NCBI GenBank assembly: GCA_045637905.1
Contig: JAZUAJ010000008.1
Coordinates: 25,085 to 89,084, forward strand
Origin: Christensenellaceae bacterium
GTDB taxonomy: Bacteria; Bacillota; Clostridia; Christensenellales; Borkfalkiaceae
DNA length: 64,000 nucleotides
Direction of reading: 5' to 3'
Of the stretch, positions 44,464 through 53,349 are shown piece by piece (the stretch's first letter is position 1; each line of letters opens with the position of its first letter). The position numbers and the translations under genes were made by a program. The notes under the pieces were generated by a model. The model searched no databases. It saw nothing but the letters and a program-made list of their open reading frames with translations, and was not told the DNA's origin.

Positions 44464-45210
44464 GTGCTTTACAACTATGAAGAATTAAATTTTAAAGTAC
44501 TTTCTGTGTTTCGCGCAAAGCATAAAGACGGTAAGTTTTTGGTAAGCGCACGCCCGTATGGCGCACTTGCGCTTAGATTAAGTGGAAAGTGCAACTTTAA
44601 ATTTAAATCAAAAAGTTTTTTAGTGGAAAGTGGCAACGTTTCGTTCATTCCTGCTAACGAGGAATACGAAGTAGAATCGTTTGGCAGCGAAATTATAGTG
44701 GCGCATTTGAAAGACTGCAATTATTTTGAGCCTGAAGTTTACCACCTTTCAAATGCGTTGCGCTTTAAAAACTTGTTTAACGAACTTTTAGAGTGTTGGA
44801 AAGTAAATTGTTCTCAATTTAAAGCAAAAAGTATAATTTTTAACGTTTTGCAAAGTATTGAAACTGACGGTAACACAATAGCCGTTAGTTCTGCTTTTGA
44901 AAAATGTTTAAACTACGTAGAGCAAAATTTTTGCAATCCAAAAATTGATATGTTAAGCGTTGCAAACGCTGGGTTTATGAGTAAATCATCGTTACAGCGC
45001 GCGTTTAATAAACACTACGGAATTTCGCCAAAAGCGTATCTTATAAAGTTGAGAATGAACAAGGCGTTTAACTTGCTTACTCAAACAAATAAAGCCGTAA
45101 AAGAAGTTGCTTTTGAGTGTGGATTTTTAGATGAAAAGTTTTTTTCTCGCGAGTTTAGCCAAAAATTTGGCTTTCCGCCGTCGTCATTAAAAAATAGAAG
45201 AATAGAATAA
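44464..45210 (+). CDS. AraC-family transcriptional regulator
   Basis: C-terminal dual HTH (SKSSLQRAFNKHYGISPKAYL...FSREFSQKFGFPPS). GTG at 44464 with an AAGGGGG RBS is preferred. The track's TTG 44428 and ATG 44440 lack an RBS. Confidence 0.8.
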   Translation: MLYNYEELNFKVLSVFRAKHKDGKFLVSARPYGALALRLSGKCNFKFKSKSFLVESGNVSFIPANEEYEVESFGSEIIVAHLKDCNYFEPEVYHLSNALRFKNLFNELLECWKVNCSQFKAKSIIFNVLQSIETDGNTIAVSSAFEKCLNYVEQNFCNPKIDMLSVANAGFMSKSSLQRAFNKHYGISPKAYLIKLRMNKAFNLLTQTNKAVKEVAFECGFLDEKFFSREFSQKFGFPPSSLKNRRIE

Positions 45211-45246
45211 ATAATGCAAGCAATTTTTGCTTGCATTATTTTTGCT
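45211..45246. terminator. bidirectional terminator between convergent AraC genes
   Basis: Perfect 10-bp stem AATGCAAGCA/TGCTTGCATT followed by a T-rich run. Confidence 0.72.
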
Positions 45247-45312
45247 TTTTAAGGCGCAAATATTTAATTTTAACGTTTTTATATCGTTTAAAGTGTAAAT
45301 TTATTACTGATT

Positions 45313-46125
45313 TTATTTTTTATTAAATACGTTTTGCTTATACTTTAAAGGCGTTAAGCCAAATTTAAGTTTGAAACGCTCAATAAAGCGCGAACAGTCG
45401 TTAAAACCAGACAAATAGCACGCATCGGTTACGCTGGCGTTTTCTTTAAGCAGTTTTTGCGCGTGAGAAAGTTTTTTTGCTTCAATTAAACGACCAACCG
45501 AAATACCTACGTGATTTTTAAATAAGCGGTTAAGCGTGGCGCTTGATATATAAAAGCGTTTTGCAATATCGCTACTACAAGAAATTGTTAAATAATTTGC
45601 GTCTACGTACGCTAAAATTTCGCTAAGTTTATTCGGCTCTAATTCTAACTCGTTTTCCTTTTCGCTTGCAAGTAAACTAATAAGTTCAAGTAGGTAAGTT
45701 GCTTTTAAAAAATCTTCTAAATTATCGTTTGAAAGTTTATTTGCCAAAAAGATTAGTTTTTCTTTACTTTCTTCACTTAAACGAACTAATCCAAAAATAT
45801 TATGCCGTTTTAAAAAGTCGAATATAAAATCGCCCGTAATCCAAATGCAAAAGTGCTCGTGCGTGCAAGAGTTTTTATAAATGCAATGGTGCACGCTTGA
45901 CGGGCTTGATACTATCGCGTCGCCTTTAACAACGTCACTTATAGTGTTTCCGTGTAAAAATGAAATTTCGCCCGTAACGTTTATATAAATTTCAATACAG
46001 GCGTGGATATGCGGCTGGTCTGCCGTGTTTGAGTTTATATCGTAATAACCATTGTTATGCACGGCTTTAAAGGAAACGTCTTTTAAATTTGGTAAAATTT
46101 TATTGAGTATAGGTTGAATTGCCAT
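45313..46125 (-). CDS. AraC-family transcriptional regulator
   Basis: Cupin-like N-domain and C-terminal AraC HTH (SSATLNRLFKNHVGISVGRL...CSRFIERFKLKFGLTPLKY). Start at MAIQPIL (46125) with a GGAG RBS. Confidence 0.82.
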   Translation of the reverse strand: MAIQPILNKILPNLKDVSFKAVHNNGYYDINSNTADQPHIHACIEIYINVTGEISFLHGNTISDVVKGDAIVSSPSSVHHCIYKNSCTHEHFCIWITGDFIFDFLKRHNIFGLVRLSEESKEKLIFLANKLSNDNLEDFLKATYLLELISLLASEKENELELEPNKLSEILAYVDANYLTISCSSDIAKRFYISSATLNRLFKNHVGISVGRLIEAKKLSHAQKLLKENASVTDACYLSGFNDCSRFIERFKLKFGLTPLKYKQNVFNKK

Positions 46126-46239
46126 AATTCTCCAAAATGAGCGTAATTTCATATAATACGCGCTAAAACGCATATTTTTATGTATTTTTTAGTGTTATAA
46201 TTGTAGCATAGGCAAAAAGTGTTGTCAATAAGGTAAAAT

Positions 46240-47118
46240 ATGTTAGATTATTTATTAGTGCTTTTGTCGGTTGCGTTACTTGCAGGAGCGTTTATAATTC
46301 AAAAGTTTTATCAAAAGAATACTGACGGCTCTACGGAAAGTAGCACGGTGTTCACTATGGTTTCCGCTTGTTGTTCAATTATTTTTTTAATTACAACAAA
46401 CGGCTTTAAATTTGAGTTTACTTGGTATTCTTTAATAAATTCTATATTAAAAGCAGGTTGCGGTTTTTTATATTCGCTCATAGGTTTTCAAATTTTAAAA
46501 AAATCAAACGTTGCAACTTATATGCTATTTTTAATGAGTGGCGGTATGGTAGTGCCTGCCGTTTGGGGCTTTATTCGCGGTGGCGAGCCTATAACCGCAC
46601 AAAGAGTTGTTGGTATTGCCATAATTTTAATTGCAATAGTTTTATCTAATTCAAGCGTTAAAAAACTTGATAAAAAATTGCTTGTTATGTGCGTTTCGGT
46701 ATTTATTTTAAACGGTTTTGTAAGCGTACTTTCAAAAGAGCACCAAACGTACACTAATTTTCCTATAGTTTCAACTACGGCTTACGCGCTAATAGGCATG
46801 GTTTGTTCGCTTGTTATGAGTTCGTCGCTTAAAATATCAATTTCTATAAAAGATAAAAAAGAAAAAAAGCACAAGCCTAAAATTAAATGGTATTGTATTT
46901 TGTTAATAGTGCTTTATAGCGTTGTGGGTACTATATCTAATTTACTACAACTTAAAGGTGCGGTAAATTTACCCGCAAGTGTTTTATACCCTTTAATTAC
47001 GGGCGGAACGATAGTGTTTTCTGGAATTTTTGCACTTATATTTTTTAAAGAAAAACCAACTGTTAAAGAGTGGATAGGCATTGCGCTTTGCGTAGTTGGA
47101 ACTTGCTTATTCTTATAA
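46240..47118 (+). CDS. DMT-superfamily (EamA-like) permease, 10 TM
   Basis: 292-aa protein with two 5-TM halves and a lysine-rich central loop (KDKKEKKHKPK). Followed after 15 nt by the GH42-like gene. Confidence 0.65.
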   Translation: MLDYLLVLLSVALLAGAFIIQKFYQKNTDGSTESSTVFTMVSACCSIIFLITTNGFKFEFTWYSLINSILKAGCGFLYSLIGFQILKKSNVATYMLFLMSGGMVVPAVWGFIRGGEPITAQRVVGIAIILIAIVLSNSSVKKLDKKLLVMCVSVFILNGFVSVLSKEHQTYTNFPIVSTTAYALIGMVCSLVMSSSLKISISIKDKKEKKHKPKIKWYCILLIVLYSVVGTISNLLQLKGAVNLPASVLYPLITGGTIVFSGIFALIFFKEKPTVKEWIGIALCVVGTCLFL

Positions 47119-47133
47119 TAAAAGGAGAATTTT

Positions 47134-49149
47134 ATGCTTACTTTTAGGCTTAGTTTATACCAAAGAGAAGAAGAACGCGCGCTTGAACTTGTAAACGCAA
47201 TAAAGCGCAATAAAGGTTGTTGCGATACCGTTTGGCTTTGCACTATGGGTTACTATCCAACCATTGAAAAACACGAAGAATATGCAAAAGCGTGGGTTAA
47301 ATCGGCTCAAATTTTTAGGGATGCGGGCATTAAAGTATCACTTCAAATAAACAATACTATCGGGCATTGCGACAATGAATTTTTAAAGCCCGAATATAAA
47401 AGCGAGTTTTCATTAGGTATGATGCCAAGCGATGGGGAAGACGACCCTTATTTAGTGGGGCACGACGGAACTAAAAATATTAGTTGCTTTTGTTGGCGTA
47501 GCCAAAAGTTTAAAAATTACGTTAATAAAATGGTTCAAACTTATGCAAAAGTTTTAAAGCCTACTACTGTTTGGTTTGATGACGATTTGCGTGCTCATAG
47601 CCATAGCCCAAACAAATTTCCTTGCTATTGCGATAGGTGTATAAGCGAATTTAACAAAGAGCAAGGTACTAACTACACGCGCCAAGAGTTAGTTGAAAAA
47701 ATGAATTATAAAGACCTTTCGTTAAGAAAGGCATACCTTAATTTTATAAAAAAGGGTATATATAACTTTGTTTACGGCGCTGTTAAGGCTTGTTTAGAAG
47801 TTGCGCCCGATACGAGTTTTGGGCTTGAATACGAGCATTTACACAATTATTTAGGACCAACCGACGAGCATATTTTAGGCGCAATGCACGACGCGAGCGG
47901 TAAAGCGGTTGAAACAAGGCCGGGTGGCGGTTGTTATAACGATAAAGACCCGTATAGTTTATACTATAAACTAATAACTTTATCTGCTCCAAACTCTATT
48001 TTACCGCCTTACGTTAATAACGTTGTTGCCGAAATTGAAAACTTGCCGGGCGTTGCCTTTGGTAAAAGTATAGGTGGTATTTTAAACGAAGGTACGTTAG
48101 ACCTTGCAATAGGTTGCACGGGGCTTTCGTTTACTGACGTGCAGTCTTGCCACGAGCCTATTGAATACTATGAAAAAATTTTTAAAGGCTTTAAAAAAAT
48201 GCGCCCTTACTGGGAGCGTTTATCAACCGTTGCAAAAACCGATTATCGCGGTTGCGTATCTATTTATTGGGGAAAAGAACCGCATTTAAAACCGCTTAAT
48301 AAACAAGACCCGCCTTTTAGTTGGGACTACGTTTTAAACGAGGCCGACGTTAATTTGATGCGCTTAGGCGTTCCGCTTAGTTATGACAGTCGCGGTGATA
48401 TAGCCTATATTCTTCACAATAAAACGGTAGATGCTATGACAGATAGTGATATAGAGTTTTTACTTACAAAGCCCGTTATTACAGACGGTATTTGCATAGA
48501 AAAACTCTTTAAAAGGGGTTTTAAAAATAGGTTTAATTTTACTACTTGTAAAATAGGTTCTAACACAACCGAATATTTTACCGACGCTTTTGGTAAAGAA
48601 TATTTAGGGCGTTTTTATAAAGAAAACCCTTACGCTTCTAAATTTATGCAAAGATACGTTTTTAACGGTATTGATAGCAAAACTACCACCGTTTACGGAA
48701 ACGCGCACAACTGCAATTTGTTAAGCGACGGCAAAAAAATAGGTGCAACTACTATAGTTTCAAATATAAACGGTACAAACGCAAAGTGGGCAATTTTTGG
48801 TTATAGCGTTTGGGCAGATATAGTTAGTAGCGCAAAGCGAAATCAAATTCTTGCAATGCTTGACGATATTGCTAAAATGCCTGCAAGGCTTATAAGCGAT
48901 GAAATTTGCGCCGTTATTCCGTCGGTTAATAAAGAAGGCTTTACAACGGCGGTTACGGTAAGCAGTATGTCGCAAAACGGCACGAGCGAAACTTTGCTTG
49001 AAATAAGAAATCCGCGCGGTAAAAATCTTTCTATTATGGGAACAAGGCATAATAGTTACGAATTCAGTTTTGTAAAAAAGGGTAGTAAACTTTTAGTTAC
49101 GCTACCTAAACTTGACCCGTATGAAACTATAACCGTATTTATTGAATAA
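47134..49149 (+). CDS. uncharacterised GH42-like (clan GH-A TIM barrel) protein lacking the canonical Asn-Glu acid/base motif
   Basis: 671 aa with an AAGGAG RBS. CFCW...VWFDDDLRAHS...PCYCDRCISEF parallels the GH42 blocks CPNSP...WHVSNEYG...CYCxxCxxxF (Cys4 zinc site), but has DDD where GH42 has NE. Confidence 0.4.
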   Translation: MLTFRLSLYQREEERALELVNAIKRNKGCCDTVWLCTMGYYPTIEKHEEYAKAWVKSAQIFRDAGIKVSLQINNTIGHCDNEFLKPEYKSEFSLGMMPSDGEDDPYLVGHDGTKNISCFCWRSQKFKNYVNKMVQTYAKVLKPTTVWFDDDLRAHSHSPNKFPCYCDRCISEFNKEQGTNYTRQELVEKMNYKDLSLRKAYLNFIKKGIYNFVYGAVKACLEVAPDTSFGLEYEHLHNYLGPTDEHILGAMHDASGKAVETRPGGGCYNDKDPYSLYYKLITLSAPNSILPPYVNNVVAEIENLPGVAFGKSIGGILNEGTLDLAIGCTGLSFTDVQSCHEPIEYYEKIFKGFKKMRPYWERLSTVAKTDYRGCVSIYWGKEPHLKPLNKQDPPFSWDYVLNEADVNLMRLGVPLSYDSRGDIAYILHNKTVDAMTDSDIEFLLTKPVITDGICIEKLFKRGFKNRFNFTTCKIGSNTTEYFTDAFGKEYLGRFYKENPYASKFMQRYVFNGIDSKTTTVYGNAHNCNLLSDGKKIGATTIVSNINGTNAKWAIFGYSVWADIVSSAKRNQILAMLDDIAKMPARLISDEICAVIPSVNKEGFTTAVTVSSMSQNGTSETLLEIRNPRGKNLSIMGTRHNSYEFSFVKKGSKLLVTLPKLDPYETITVFIE

Positions 49150-49190
49150 AAAAATAAGCCCGTCTACAAAGTAGACGGGCAGTTTTATTT
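49150..49190. terminator. bidirectional terminator
   Basis: Perfect 10-bp stem GCCCGTCTAC/GTAGACGGGC flanked by A-run and T-rich run. Confidence 0.75.
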
Positions 49191-49199
49191 GCTTTTAAG

Positions 49200-49454
49200 T
49201 TATTTAACTATTTTTAAAGTTGCTAAAACGCATAAAATAATGCCAACAACAACCCAAATTTCAGCCAAAATACCTACTATGCGAAGTATCCAACCAACGA
49301 TGGCGCCTGCAAGTGGTATCCAACCTGTAATTGCGCCCGCAAAGCCTATTAAAAGCCCGGCAATAGCGCCTATAACGATATAAATAATTATACCAACGAG
49401 CATATCAATTAAGTTTTTTGAGTGTTTAAATGAAAGTGACCAGTATTTTTTCAT
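49200..49454 (-). CDS. small glycine-zipper membrane protein (84 aa)
   Basis: Strong AAGGAGG RBS. GAIAGLLIGFAGAITGWIPLAGAIVGWIL shows a reiterated small-xxx-small motif. The antisense track ORF 49189-49383 was rejected. Confidence 0.6.
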   Translation of the reverse strand: MKKYWSLSFKHSKNLIDMLVGIIIYIVIGAIAGLLIGFAGAITGWIPLAGAIVGWILRIVGILAEIWVVVGIILCVLATLKIVK

Positions 49455-49520
49455 AAAAAATGCCTCCTTGTTTATTATATTTATTATATCATTATTTGTA
49501 TTACTTGTAAATATCTAATT

Positions 49521-50327
49521 TTAATTTTCTTTCTCTATTTCTATTTTATTTAAATATTCGGTTGGGCTTTGCCCGATTTCTTGCTTAAAAATTTTAGAAA
49601 AATAAAGCGCGTCTTTAAAACCTGAAAGAATTGCAATATTTTTAACGCTCGTTAAACCTTGTTCCATTAAAAATATAGAGCGTTTAATGCGCAAATCGCG
49701 TAGATATTGCGAGTAGCAAATGCCTTTGTTTTTCTTAAAGAAAAAAGATATATATTTAGCGTCGTAATTAGTTAGGCGTGCAAGTTCTTTAAGCGAAAAT
49801 TCTATGCTTGTAAAATTCTCGTTTGTTAGGGTGGTTATAACGGTCATTAAATTGTTTTGAGTGGTGTTTTTAACTTCTAAATGTGCAAGTAAATATAAAA
49901 GCACCGTTTCTCCCAAAAGGTCGGCGTTGTGGCTATTTGCCTTTTTTAAACAATCAAATGCAAAAGTTGAAATTTGCTCGTAATTTTCATTTAAATTAAA
50001 CACGCATTGATTTTCGCTAAGTTGAAAGCGGTCAATAAGTTCATCGGCACGCCTACCGTAAAAGGAAACGTATAAATACTTTAAATCGCCGTTTTGAGTA
50101 ATGCTAAAACGTGAGTTTTTTAAAATTATAAACGCGTTGCCTTCAAAAAGGGGATAACTTTTTCCGTTTTGAGTAAGCGTTCCGCTTCCGTTTAAAACGA
50201 AGCCGAATTTATACTCTTCGGTGTGCGTTAAAGTAGATTGCACGTCGGTAACTTCGTAAACAAAATTCGTGCAAACTAAATCGCTTGAACGAACTGCGCT
50301 TATTTTGCAAATATCTTCAAAATTCAT
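49521..50327 (-). CDS. AraC-family transcriptional regulator
   Basis: C-terminal AraC HTH (LKELARLTNYDAKYISFFFKK...ALYFSKIFKQEIGQSPTEY). AAGGAG RBS. Confidence 0.82.
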   Translation of the reverse strand: MNFEDICKISAVRSSDLVCTNFVYEVTDVQSTLTHTEEYKFGFVLNGSGTLTQNGKSYPLFEGNAFIILKNSRFSITQNGDLKYLYVSFYGRRADELIDRFQLSENQCVFNLNENYEQISTFAFDCLKKANSHNADLLGETVLLYLLAHLEVKNTTQNNLMTVITTLTNENFTSIEFSLKELARLTNYDAKYISFFFKKNKGICYSQYLRDLRIKRSIFLMEQGLTSVKNIAILSGFKDALYFSKIFKQEIGQSPTEYLNKIEIEKEN

Positions 50328-50488
50328 TGTAAACTCCTTTTATAGTTTTATTATACTTTTGCTTGAATTTTTTGTCAACAAAATAGATAAAAAACATATA
50401 ATAATAGAATTTGTCTATATACAACGCTTAAAGAGTTTGGTATAATAAACGCAAATAATGCAAATATATTTTTACAAGGAGAACTAAA

Positions 50489-51094
50489 ATGATAGACAAA
50501 AGCGTTGAAGATATGGTTTTAGCCTTAGTTAAAACTGACACTAAAAACTATCCAAAATACACTTTGCCCAAAGGTTACAAATTTGCTTTTTACAAAAAAG
50601 GCGACGAGTATAAGTGGGCACAGTTAGAAGTTGAACTCGGTCAATTTGATACTATTGAAAAGGGCGTTGAAGCGTTTAAAAAAGACTTTTTAATCGGTCA
50701 AAATTTAAAGCCCGAAGACAGAACTGTTTTCGTTGTAGACCCAAATGGCGATTACGTTGCAACCCTTTCTCTTTGGGACGGTAAGTTTTTAGACGGTTAC
50801 TATCAAAAACTTCATTGGATGGCGGTTAGTGATAAGTGCGCTGGCAAGGGCATTGCAAAAGCGTTAATGACGCGCCTTTTAGACCTTTACAATGAACTCG
50901 GCTATAAAGATTTTATCTTTTTATACACGGGAACGTGGTACTATCCTGCAATAAACATATATCAAAAGTTCGGTTTTAAATTTTACGAGGGTGAGCGCTC
51001 GGTAGTAGTTAGCGCAACCGACGCGGAGTTTAAAGCCTATAACGAAAAAGCAATGAATATTGTTAAAGAGAAATTTAAGGAATATAAAAAATAA
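50489..51094 (+). CDS. GNAT-family N-acetyltransferase
   Basis: HWMAVSDKCAGKGIAKALMTRLL (acetyl-CoA binding Q/RxxGxG/A-type motif). 201 aa. Confidence 0.72.
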   Translation: MIDKSVEDMVLALVKTDTKNYPKYTLPKGYKFAFYKKGDEYKWAQLEVELGQFDTIEKGVEAFKKDFLIGQNLKPEDRTVFVVDPNGDYVATLSLWDGKFLDGYYQKLHWMAVSDKCAGKGIAKALMTRLLDLYNELGYKDFIFLYTGTWYYPAINIYQKFGFKFYEGERSVVVSATDAEFKAYNEKAMNIVKEKFKEYKK

Positions 51095-51104
51095 GGGGTT
51101 TATT

Positions 51105-52349
51105 ATGAAAAAAACTGTTAAATGTGGTGTTTTTGGCTTATTTAGAGGTGCTGCGCACGTAAGGTCTATTTTAGAAAATAACTGTGACGTTGTTGCCGTT
51201 TGCGATAGAGATGAAAAGAAACTTGAAGATATAAAGAAAAATTTTGGCGATAAAATTGCCTTTTATAAAGATTTTGACGAGTTTATAAACCACCCAGGTT
51301 TAGAAGCGGTAATTTTAGCAAACAACTACGACCAACACGTTCCGTTTGCAATAAAAGCGCTTGAAAAAGATATTAACGTTTTAAGCGAGTGTACGTCTAA
51401 CGCAACGATGGCGGACGGCGTTAAACTCGTTAGAGCCGTTGAAAAGAGTAAGGCTATTTATATGATAGACGAAAACTGTGCTTTTATGAATTATTCATAC
51501 GAGTTAAACAGAGTTTTTAAAACGGGCACGTTAGGTAAAATTTTATACGCCGAAGGCGAATATAACCACCCTGAAATGCCTGGGGACGACGACGTTATGC
51601 GTAGATATAGACCGTACCCTAAACATTGGCGTAACTTCCTTCCAAGGTCTTACTACATTACTCACTCTCTTGGCCCGCTTATGTACATTACGTGTGCTAT
51701 GCCTAAAAGGGTAACTGCTATGCCTGTATTTGCACCAAACCCAAGCGATTCACTTATGGGGCTTGACGTTGGCGATAGAGCGGCTATTATTACAACTTTA
51801 AACGACGACGATTCAGTTTTCCGCGTTACAGGTTGCGCCGCTTTTGGTGGACACGGCTTATCTTTCCGCCTTTGCGGTGTAAAAGGTCAAGTTGAAAATT
51901 TAAGAGACGGTACTGATAGAATTTTATTAACTTATAACGAGTGGGACACCCCAGAAGGCGTAAACACAAGAAGCGTATATTTGCCTGAGTGGAAAGATAA
52001 AGACAAGGCGCTTATTGAAGCGTCAACTCACGGCGGTGGCGACTTTGTTGCAACGCGTGAATTCCTTAACTGTATTAAAGAAGGCAAACAACCTATTTTA
52101 GACGTTTACTTTGCAACAACTATGGCATCGGTTGGCATTTTAGCGTGGAGAAGTATTTTAGACGGTAGCAAACCTTACGATATTCCAGATTTTAGAAAAG
52201 AAGAAGATAAGGTTAAGTATGAAAACGATAATTTAACTCCTTTCTACGGCCCTAACGGTCAAGAGCCAACTTTACCTTGTTGCTCACGCCCAGATTACAA
52301 GCCAAATGAAAAAGACGTTGAAGAATATTTAAAAGTAGTAACAAAATAA
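51105..52349 (+). CDS. Gfo/Idh/MocA-family NAD-dependent oxidoreductase with long C-terminal domain
   Basis: N-terminal Rossmann KCGVFGLFRGAAH. EGEYNHP motif. 414 aa from ATG 51105 (AAGGGG RBS). The track start 51060 overlaps the GNAT gene end. Confidence 0.78.
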   Translation: MKKTVKCGVFGLFRGAAHVRSILENNCDVVAVCDRDEKKLEDIKKNFGDKIAFYKDFDEFINHPGLEAVILANNYDQHVPFAIKALEKDINVLSECTSNATMADGVKLVRAVEKSKAIYMIDENCAFMNYSYELNRVFKTGTLGKILYAEGEYNHPEMPGDDDVMRRYRPYPKHWRNFLPRSYYITHSLGPLMYITCAMPKRVTAMPVFAPNPSDSLMGLDVGDRAAIITTLNDDDSVFRVTGCAAFGGHGLSFRLCGVKGQVENLRDGTDRILLTYNEWDTPEGVNTRSVYLPEWKDKDKALIEASTHGGGDFVATREFLNCIKEGKQPILDVYFATTMASVGILAWRSILDGSKPYDIPDFRKEEDKVKYENDNLTPFYGPNGQEPTLPCCSRPDYKPNEKDVEEYLKVVTK

Positions 52350-52387
52350 AAAACGCGCTCCGCTATATTAGCGGAGCGTTTTTTTTG
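52350..52387. terminator. bidirectional terminator
   Basis: Stem CGCTCCGC/GCGGAGCG flanked by A-run and T8. Confidence 0.75.
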
Positions 52388-52388
52388 T

Positions 52389-53246
52389 TTACACGTTTAT
52401 TGAAATTGTGAATTTTTTTCGATAACTTTTTGGCGTTAAATTGTATTTATTTTCAAAAACTTTATAAAAACGGCTTAAATTTTGAAAACCACAAGCAAAA
52501 CAAACGTCAATTATGCTCATATTAGTGTTTATTAAAAGATTTGTTGCGTAGTTTATTTTAAGTTCGTTAATATATTCGCTAACGCTAACGTTTAAATATT
52601 TTTTAAGCGACCTTGCTAAATGCTCGCGTGATTTTTTAGATATTTCAAGCATTTTGCTTGCGCCTTGTGTAAAGTTTATTGGGTTTGACATTTTTGTTAA
52701 CGTGTCTTGTAACCATAAAGGCATATCATGCTTATTAGAAAGTTGCAAATTAGTTATAAAAAGCGGTAAAATTTCGGCAAGAATAGATTTTAGCAATATC
52801 TTTTTACCGCTAACGTTACTGCGGCGTAATGCGTTTAATTCGTTTAATCTTTCAATTAGCCTTTGCTTAGAATTTGAATTTAAAATAATAACGCGTGGAA
52901 GCGAACTAAGTAACAATTCGTTTATAGTGCTTTCGTCAAACAAATAATTTAAAACGTTACTTGCAACGTTTTTAGTAAACGTAAGGTTTGCAAAGCAAGT
53001 GTCGCTATCCTTGCAAATTTGAGTGTGGATATCGTTAGGCCTAATTAAAACGAGCGTACCGCCGTCTAAAACCTGCTTTTCGCCGTTTATTAAATGTGTA
53101 ATTGAGCCGTTTATAACTAAAAACAATTCGTAATAATCGTGCTTGTGTAACCTTGCTTGTTTGCTTTTGCCGTAAACGAAACTAAGTAAACTTTCCGTTT
53201 CTAAATCAACGTTATTTTCTTCTTTTGCTATAATAAAATCTAACAT
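52389..53246 (-). CDS. AraC-family transcriptional regulator
   Basis: Cupin-like N-domain (HKHDYYELFLV). C-terminal HTH (SREHLARSLKKYLNVSVSEYI...LSRFYKVFENKYNLTPKSY). Confidence 0.82.
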   Translation of the reverse strand: MLDFIIAKEENNVDLETESLLSFVYGKSKQARLHKHDYYELFLVINGSITHLINGEKQVLDGGTLVLIRPNDIHTQICKDSDTCFANLTFTKNVASNVLNYLFDESTINELLLSSLPRVIILNSNSKQRLIERLNELNALRRSNVSGKKILLKSILAEILPLFITNLQLSNKHDMPLWLQDTLTKMSNPINFTQGASKMLEISKKSREHLARSLKKYLNVSVSEYINELKINYATNLLINTNMSIIDVCFACGFQNLSRFYKVFENKYNLTPKSYRKKFTISINV

Positions 53247-53276
53247 ATAAGCACCTAAAAATCACAATAGTATAAT

Positions 53277-53325
53277 AATTATATCACATTAAATGTAGAA
53301 AAGCAATAATAAAAGTGATATAATT
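53277..53325. promoter_or_regulatory. perfect 11-bp inverted repeat in the AraC / GH38 divergent region
   Basis: AATTATATCAC (53277-53287), 27 nt, GTGATATAATT (53315-53325). Confidence 0.5.
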
Positions 53326-53349
53326 ATTTTAATTTAGGAGGTTAAAATT

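Noticed and set aside
48395-48405. GTGATATAGCC, the 11-mer of the palindrome/MITE termini, inside the GH42-like CDS
   Set aside because: It is a single unpaired copy inside a continuous reading frame (encoding GDIAY). It is probably a chance occurrence in AT-rich sequence rather than an insertion.
49189-49383. 64-aa plus-strand ORF antisense to the small membrane-protein gene
   Set aside because: The minus-strand ORF has a strong AAGGAGG RBS and a coherent transmembrane pattern. The plus-strand ORF has no RBS and starts inside the terminator region.
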